Assembly: GCA_036820565.1 (NCBI GenBank)
Contig: DAISLG010000001.1
Location: 10,614 to 56,979, forward strand
Direction of reading: 5' to 3'
Origin: Gaiellaceae bacterium
GTDB lineage: Bacteria > Actinomycetota > Thermoleophilia > Gaiellales > Gaiellaceae
DNA length: 46,366 bases
Position 1 is the stretch's first letter, and every line of letters starts with the position of its first letter. The notes beneath the pieces were generated by a model. The model was not told where the DNA came from and searched no databases. It saw only the letters and a program-made list of their open reading frames with translations. This document shows positions 42,834 to 46,366 of the stretch, piece after piece. Position numbers and translations under genes: made by a program.

Positions 42834-43792
42834 GCGATTTCGTGGACTCGTTGGCGTGCCCTCGCGACCACACGGCTCTGCGCCCCGACGGCGACCGGCT
42901 CGTCTGCGCGGAAGGGCACGAGTACCCGTTCGTGGACGGGATCCCCGTGCTCGTCGCCGAGGACGTCGAGCCGACGCAGCCCGGCTACTGGGCGAAGCCG
43001 GAGCAGATCGCGGAGGTGCGGGCAGCCGAGCCGCCGGCGGTCGCGGGGGACGAGGTCGACCCGTACGTGGCTGAGCTGATCATCGGCACCCACGGCAATC
43101 TCTACCGCAACCTTGCGCAGGGGATGTCGCGCTACCCGATCCCGCACTTCCCGCTCCCGCCGGGAAACGGGGAGAGCCTGCTCGACATCGGCTGCAACTG
43201 GGGACGGTGGACGCTGGCCGCCGCACGGGCCGGGTACCGACCGATCGGCGTCGACCCGTCGTTCGAGGCGATCGTCGCTGCGCGCCGGATCGCGCGGCAG
43301 CTCGGGATCGACGCGCGCTACGCCGTCGCCGACGGGCGCCACCTGCCGTTCGCCGACGGCAGCTTCGACGTCGTCTTCTCCTACGGCGTCCTCCAGCACT
43401 TCTCGAAGAGCGACGTGCGTGTCTCGCTCGCGGAGATCTCCCGGACGGTCGAGCCGGGCGGAACGACCTGGGTCCAGATGCCGAACTCGCTCGGCCTGCG
43501 GAACGTGTACCAGCTAGCGCGCCGCCGCTTTCGCGAAGGCGACCGGTTCGAGGTGCGCTACTGGTCGCCAAGAGAGCTGCGGAAGACCTGGGGTGAGCTC
43601 GTCGGACCGACCGAGCTGTCGACGGACGGGTTCTTCACCCTGAATCCGCAGACGAGCGACCTCGATCTGCTCCCGACGCGGTTCCGCACGCTCGTGCGCG
43701 TCTCCGAGGCGCTCAGGCGCGCGAGCGAACGGGTCCCTCTGCTGACGAACCTCGCGGACAGCGTCAACGTGCGCGCCACGCCGCGCCGGTAG
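42830..43792 (+). CDS. Trm112-like zinc-ribbon + class I SAM methyltransferase, tandem paralogue 1
   Basis: ATG 42830 overlaps the upstream TGA (ATGA). Motifs are LACPRDHTALRPDGDRLVCAEGHEYPFVDGIPVLV, LLDIGCNWGRW, HLPFADGSFDVVFSYGVLQHF and VRYWSPREL. Confidence 0.8.
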   Translation: MSDFVDSLACPRDHTALRPDGDRLVCAEGHEYPFVDGIPVLVAEDVEPTQPGYWAKPEQIAEVRAAEPPAVAGDEVDPYVAELIIGTHGNLYRNLAQGMSRYPIPHFPLPPGNGESLLDIGCNWGRWTLAAARAGYRPIGVDPSFEAIVAARRIARQLGIDARYAVADGRHLPFADGSFDVVFSYGVLQHFSKSDVRVSLAEISRTVEPGGTTWVQMPNSLGLRNVYQLARRRFREGDRFEVRYWSPRELRKTWGELVGPTELSTDGFFTLNPQTSDLDLLPTRFRTLVRVSEALRRASERVPLLTNLADSVNVRATPRR

Positions 43793-43798
43793 GCGGCC

Positions 43799-44737
43799 GT
43801 GGAGCTCGTCTGCCCGCGCGACCGGTCGCCGCTCGAGTGGGAGGCCGACTCGCTGGCGTGCGGCCGCGGGCATGGCTACCCGCTGGTCGACGGCATTCCG
43901 GTGTTGCTCGTCGAGGAGGAGGGCCCGACCCACGCCTCCTGTTGGGTGTCGCTCGAGCGCTCCGGCTCGAAGGGCCGGGCTCCGGCCGACCGCCCGGAGA
44001 TCGAGCCGCTCGTCCAGGACGTGATCGCCGCGACCTGCGGCAATCTTTACCGGCACATGATCGGGAACATGGAGGCGTACCCGATCCCGGACATTCGGCT
44101 GCCGCCCGGGGACGGTCGCACCTTCCTCGAGGTGGGGTGCAACTGGGGCCGTTGGTGCGTGGCCGCTTCGCGGCGCGGCTACCGGGCGACCGGAATCGAC
44201 CCCTCGCTCGACGCGATCCGTGCGGCTCAACGCGTCGCCCAGCAGCTCGAGGCCGAGGCGGACTACGTCGTCGGCGACGCGCGGCATCTTCCGTTTCCGG
44301 ACGCGAGCTTCGACGTCGTCTTCTCGTACAGCGTGTTCCAGCACTTCACCAAGGCGGACGCGATCGCGTCGTTCGTAGAGCTCGGGCGGACGCTGAGACC
44401 GGGCGGGCTCGCGCTCGTGCAGATGGCGAACGTCTACGGCGCTCGCAGCCTGTTCAACCAGCTGCGAGAACGGCGCTTCCGCGAGCCGCGCACGATGTTC
44501 GACGTGCGCTACTGGTCGCCGCGAGAGCTGGAGGAGGAGTTCACACGCGCCGTCGGCCCCACGACGCTCGCCGTCGACGGCTTCCTGACCTTGAACCCCC
44601 AGCCGGCTGACGTACCTATGCTGCCGCGCCGCTACCGCGCGCTCGTCCGGGGCTCGGAGGCGCTGCGGCGGCTGAGCGAACGCCTGCCCTTCCTCGTGCA
44701 CGCGGCCGACAGCCTCTACGTGGCGGCGCGGAAGTGA
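43799..44737 (+). CDS. Trm112-like zinc-ribbon + class I SAM methyltransferase, tandem paralogue 2
   Basis: GTG start. Motifs are LVCPRDRSPLEWEADSLACGRGHGYPLVDGIPVLL, FLEVGCNWGRW, HLPFPDASFDVVFSYSVFQHF and VRYWSPREL. Confidence 0.8.
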   Translation: MELVCPRDRSPLEWEADSLACGRGHGYPLVDGIPVLLVEEEGPTHASCWVSLERSGSKGRAPADRPEIEPLVQDVIAATCGNLYRHMIGNMEAYPIPDIRLPPGDGRTFLEVGCNWGRWCVAASRRGYRATGIDPSLDAIRAAQRVAQQLEAEADYVVGDARHLPFPDASFDVVFSYSVFQHFTKADAIASFVELGRTLRPGGLALVQMANVYGARSLFNQLRERRFREPRTMFDVRYWSPRELEEEFTRAVGPTTLAVDGFLTLNPQPADVPMLPRRYRALVRGSEALRRLSERLPFLVHAADSLYVAARK

Positions 44738-45312
44738 ACCGTGCCGTCGACGTCGTGGGCTCGGCGCTCGGACTGGCGCTCGCCTCGCCGGTCCTGGCCG
44801 CGGCGGCGGCCGCGATCAAGCTCGAGGACGGGGGCCCTGTCCTTTACCGGCAGCGGCGCGTCGGGAAGGACGGCGTCGACTTCGAGCTGCTGAAGCTTCG
44901 CACGATGGTCGTCGGCGCCGAGCACCAGGGCGCGGGCCTTGCCGTCGACGCGGGCGACGCCAGGATCACGCGCGTCGGCCGGGTACTGCGCCGTCTCTCG
45001 TTCGACGAGCTCCCGCAGCTCTGGAACGTCCTTCGTGGAGACATGAGCCTGGTCGGGCCTCGGCCCACTTTGCGCTACCAGGTCGAGCGGTACAGCGAGC
45101 GCCAGCGGCGGCGGCTCGAGGTCAAGCCCGGCATCACCGGTTGGGCGCAGGTGAACGGCCGGGCCTCGCTCCCGTGGGACGAGCGGATCGAGCTCGACGT
45201 CTGGTACGTCGAGCACCGCTCGCCGCTACTCGAACTCCGTATCCTCGGCCGCACACCGCTTGCGCTCTTCCGGGGCACGTACAAGGGAGCGAGCGGCGGC
45301 TGGCGAGGCTAG
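44734..45312 (+). CDS. small monotopic phosphoglycosyltransferase (bacterial sugar transferase, PglC/WbaP-C-like), initiating enzyme
   Basis: GTG 44734 overlaps the upstream TGA (GTGA). Motifs are LEDGGPVLYRQRRVGKDG, FELLKLRTM, DELPQLWNVLRGDMSLVGPRP and KPGITGWAQVNGR. 192 aa. Confidence 0.9.
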   Translation: MNRAVDVVGSALGLALASPVLAAAAAAIKLEDGGPVLYRQRRVGKDGVDFELLKLRTMVVGAEHQGAGLAVDAGDARITRVGRVLRRLSFDELPQLWNVLRGDMSLVGPRPTLRYQVERYSERQRRRLEVKPGITGWAQVNGRASLPWDERIELDVWYVEHRSPLLELRILGRTPLALFRGTYKGASGGWRG

Positions 45313-46094
45313 GAAGGCCGGAAGACGGCGTTGAACAAGCCGGCCCCGCCCAGGCCGGGAGTCAGCTTGCGGCCGACGACCCGAAACGCGTCGTAGCCGT
45401 GCCCGCGTAGCCGCCCCTCCAGCTCGGCGCCGCTCGACTCCGACACCTCCACGATGAGCAAGGGTCTCAGCTCGAGGACGCGTCGCATCCCCGCGACGAC
45501 GTCGAGCTCGCCGCCCTCCACGTCGATCTTGACGACGGCGGGCACGATGCCTGCGGCATCGACCTCGTCGTCCACCGTCGTCAGCCGCACGGGCACGGGC
45601 TCGCCTTCGCCGAACCGGCCGGCCTCGAGGCTCGAGAACGACGGGTCGGAAGTCGCAGGGACGTGCAGCACCGCCTCGCCGTGCTCGGCCCCGGCCGCGG
45701 CGGGGATGACGAGCGCGTTGTCGAGGTCGTTCAGGGCGAGGTTCTCCTCGAGCTGAGCCCGCGCCGACGGGTTTGGCTCGAACGCGAGCACCCTTCCGTG
45801 CCCACGGAGAACGCTCGCCGCCGCGACGGTGTACATCCCGATGTGCGCACCCACGTCGACGAAGTCGCCCCCGGCTCGAAGCTCGCGGCGGAGGAGCCCG
45901 AGCTCCGCCTGGTCGTAGAGCCCGAAGAAGAAGTCCCGCTGCAGCGACTCGCGCAGGTCGAGCCGCAGCCGCACGCCGCATGCAAATCTGACGGCGGGGC
46001 GCCCGTGGTCCGGCACGGGGAGATGCCTGCGTAGCCGCCCCTTGCCGCGAAAGTCGACGCGGCGGAACAGCGCGTACACCGTGCGCGAGAGCAT
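45309..46094 (-). CDS. FkbM family methyltransferase
   Basis: FVDVGAHIGMYTV, VLAFEPNPSA and VKIDVEGGELDV. It is convergent with the sugar transferase, sharing a CTAG stop-stop overlap. Confidence 0.85.
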   Translation of the reverse strand: MLSRTVYALFRRVDFRGKGRLRRHLPVPDHGRPAVRFACGVRLRLDLRESLQRDFFFGLYDQAELGLLRRELRAGGDFVDVGAHIGMYTVAAASVLRGHGRVLAFEPNPSARAQLEENLALNDLDNALVIPAAAGAEHGEAVLHVPATSDPSFSSLEAGRFGEGEPVPVRLTTVDDEVDAAGIVPAVVKIDVEGGELDVVAGMRRVLELRPLLIVEVSESSGAELEGRLRGHGYDAFRVVGRKLTPGLGGAGLFNAVFRPS

Positions 46095-46120
46095 CGAAGG
46101 AACCTACCGCGGAAGGCCGC

Positions 46121-46366
46121 TGGCCGTCCCGGTCCATTCGAGCGGCCGGGTGAGGGAGCCGATACGGGTGCGTGGCGAAGCCGCCCACCCTCGATGCGGC
46201 GCCGCAAGCGGCGCCTCCCTGTCCGTTCGAGCGGCCGGGTGAGGGAGCCGATACGGGTGCGCGGCGAAGCCGCCCACCCTCGTTGAGGCGCCGCAAGCGG
46301 CGCCTCGGCCGTCCCTGTCCGTTCGAGCGGCCGGGTGAGGGAGCCGATACGGGTGCGCGGCGAAGC
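46121..46366. repeat. structured tandem repeat, 2 full units plus a third cut by the window edge (units start 46132, 46221, 46317; periods 89 and 96 nt)
   Basis: The unit is gtccgttcgagcggccgggtgagggagccgatacgggtgcgcggcgaagccgcccaccctcg-NNNN-ggcgccgcaagcggcgcc-tc(ggccgtc)cct. Each unit holds two GC hairpins: GGGTGCGCGGC-GAA-GCCGCCCACCC, and GGCGCCG-CAAG-CGGCGCC. It starts 26 nt from the FkbM start codon. Confidence 0.85.

Noticed and set aside
46121-46366. Possible CRISPR array or coding repeat at the right edge
   Set aside because: The regions between the conserved cores are themselves conserved, so there are no unique spacers. The unit is about 90 nt and no cas genes are present. The periods of 89 and 96 nt rule out a consistent reading frame. 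I kept it as a structured non-coding tandem repeat.
1-46366. Mobile element, genomic-island boundaries, tRNA/rRNA genes, or defence/toxin systems
   Set aside because: I found no transposase, integrase, recombinase, nuclease or helicase-like translations. I also found no tRNA-like T-arm sequences in the few spacers and no long inverted terminal repeats. Every sizeable ORF I accept has a glycan-biosynthesis-type signature or is a membrane protein consistent with that role.

Overview
High-GC (roughly 70% by eye) bacterial window that is almost entirely coding. I support 42 CDS plus one probable pseudogene. Most are joined by ATGA/GTGA/TTGA start-stop overlaps. I saw no rRNA, tRNA, transposase, integrase, phage or CRISPR-Cas genes. 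The window is one very large cell-envelope glycan biosynthesis and export locus with six parts. (i) neuC-neuA nonulosonic-acid activation genes at the left edge, with a convergent deacetylase-GNAT pair. (ii) A zinc-ribbon methyltransferase plus a Wzm/Wzt ABC exporter whose Wzt has an extra C-terminal domain. (iii) A 7-gene translationally coupled minus-strand operon for a modified NDP-sugar: two extended SDRs, a Gfo/Idh/MocA oxidoreductase, an NDP-sugar dehydrogenase, a Nudix hydrolase, a TylCIII-like C-methyltransferase and a GT, with a divergent PhyH-like dioxygenase. (iv) GT4/GT2 transferases and two Wzy_C (O-antigen ligase/polymerase-like) paralogues. (v) A 12-kb block of seven large polytopic GT-C-like/DUF2079 membrane proteins, built around two polyprenyl-phosphate GT2 synthases and SAM methyltransferases. 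(vi) Acyltransferase-3, AsnB-like amidotransferase, CE4 deacetylase, formyltransferase, GT2, two tandem Trm112-zinc-ribbon methyltransferases, a small PglC-like initiating phosphoglycosyltransferase and a convergent FkbM methyltransferase. The non-coding or odd items worth a second look are: a structured 89/96-nt tandem repeat running off the right edge; a conserved hairpin motif present in two intergenic spacers 25 kb apart; a methyltransferase ORF interrupted by an in-frame TGA; a Wzy_C paralogue with no canonical start codon; and a 106-nt convergent gene overlap. All family names come from my own reading of motifs in the translations. No searches were run. Most long track ORFs that overlap these genes are GC-driven artefacts.
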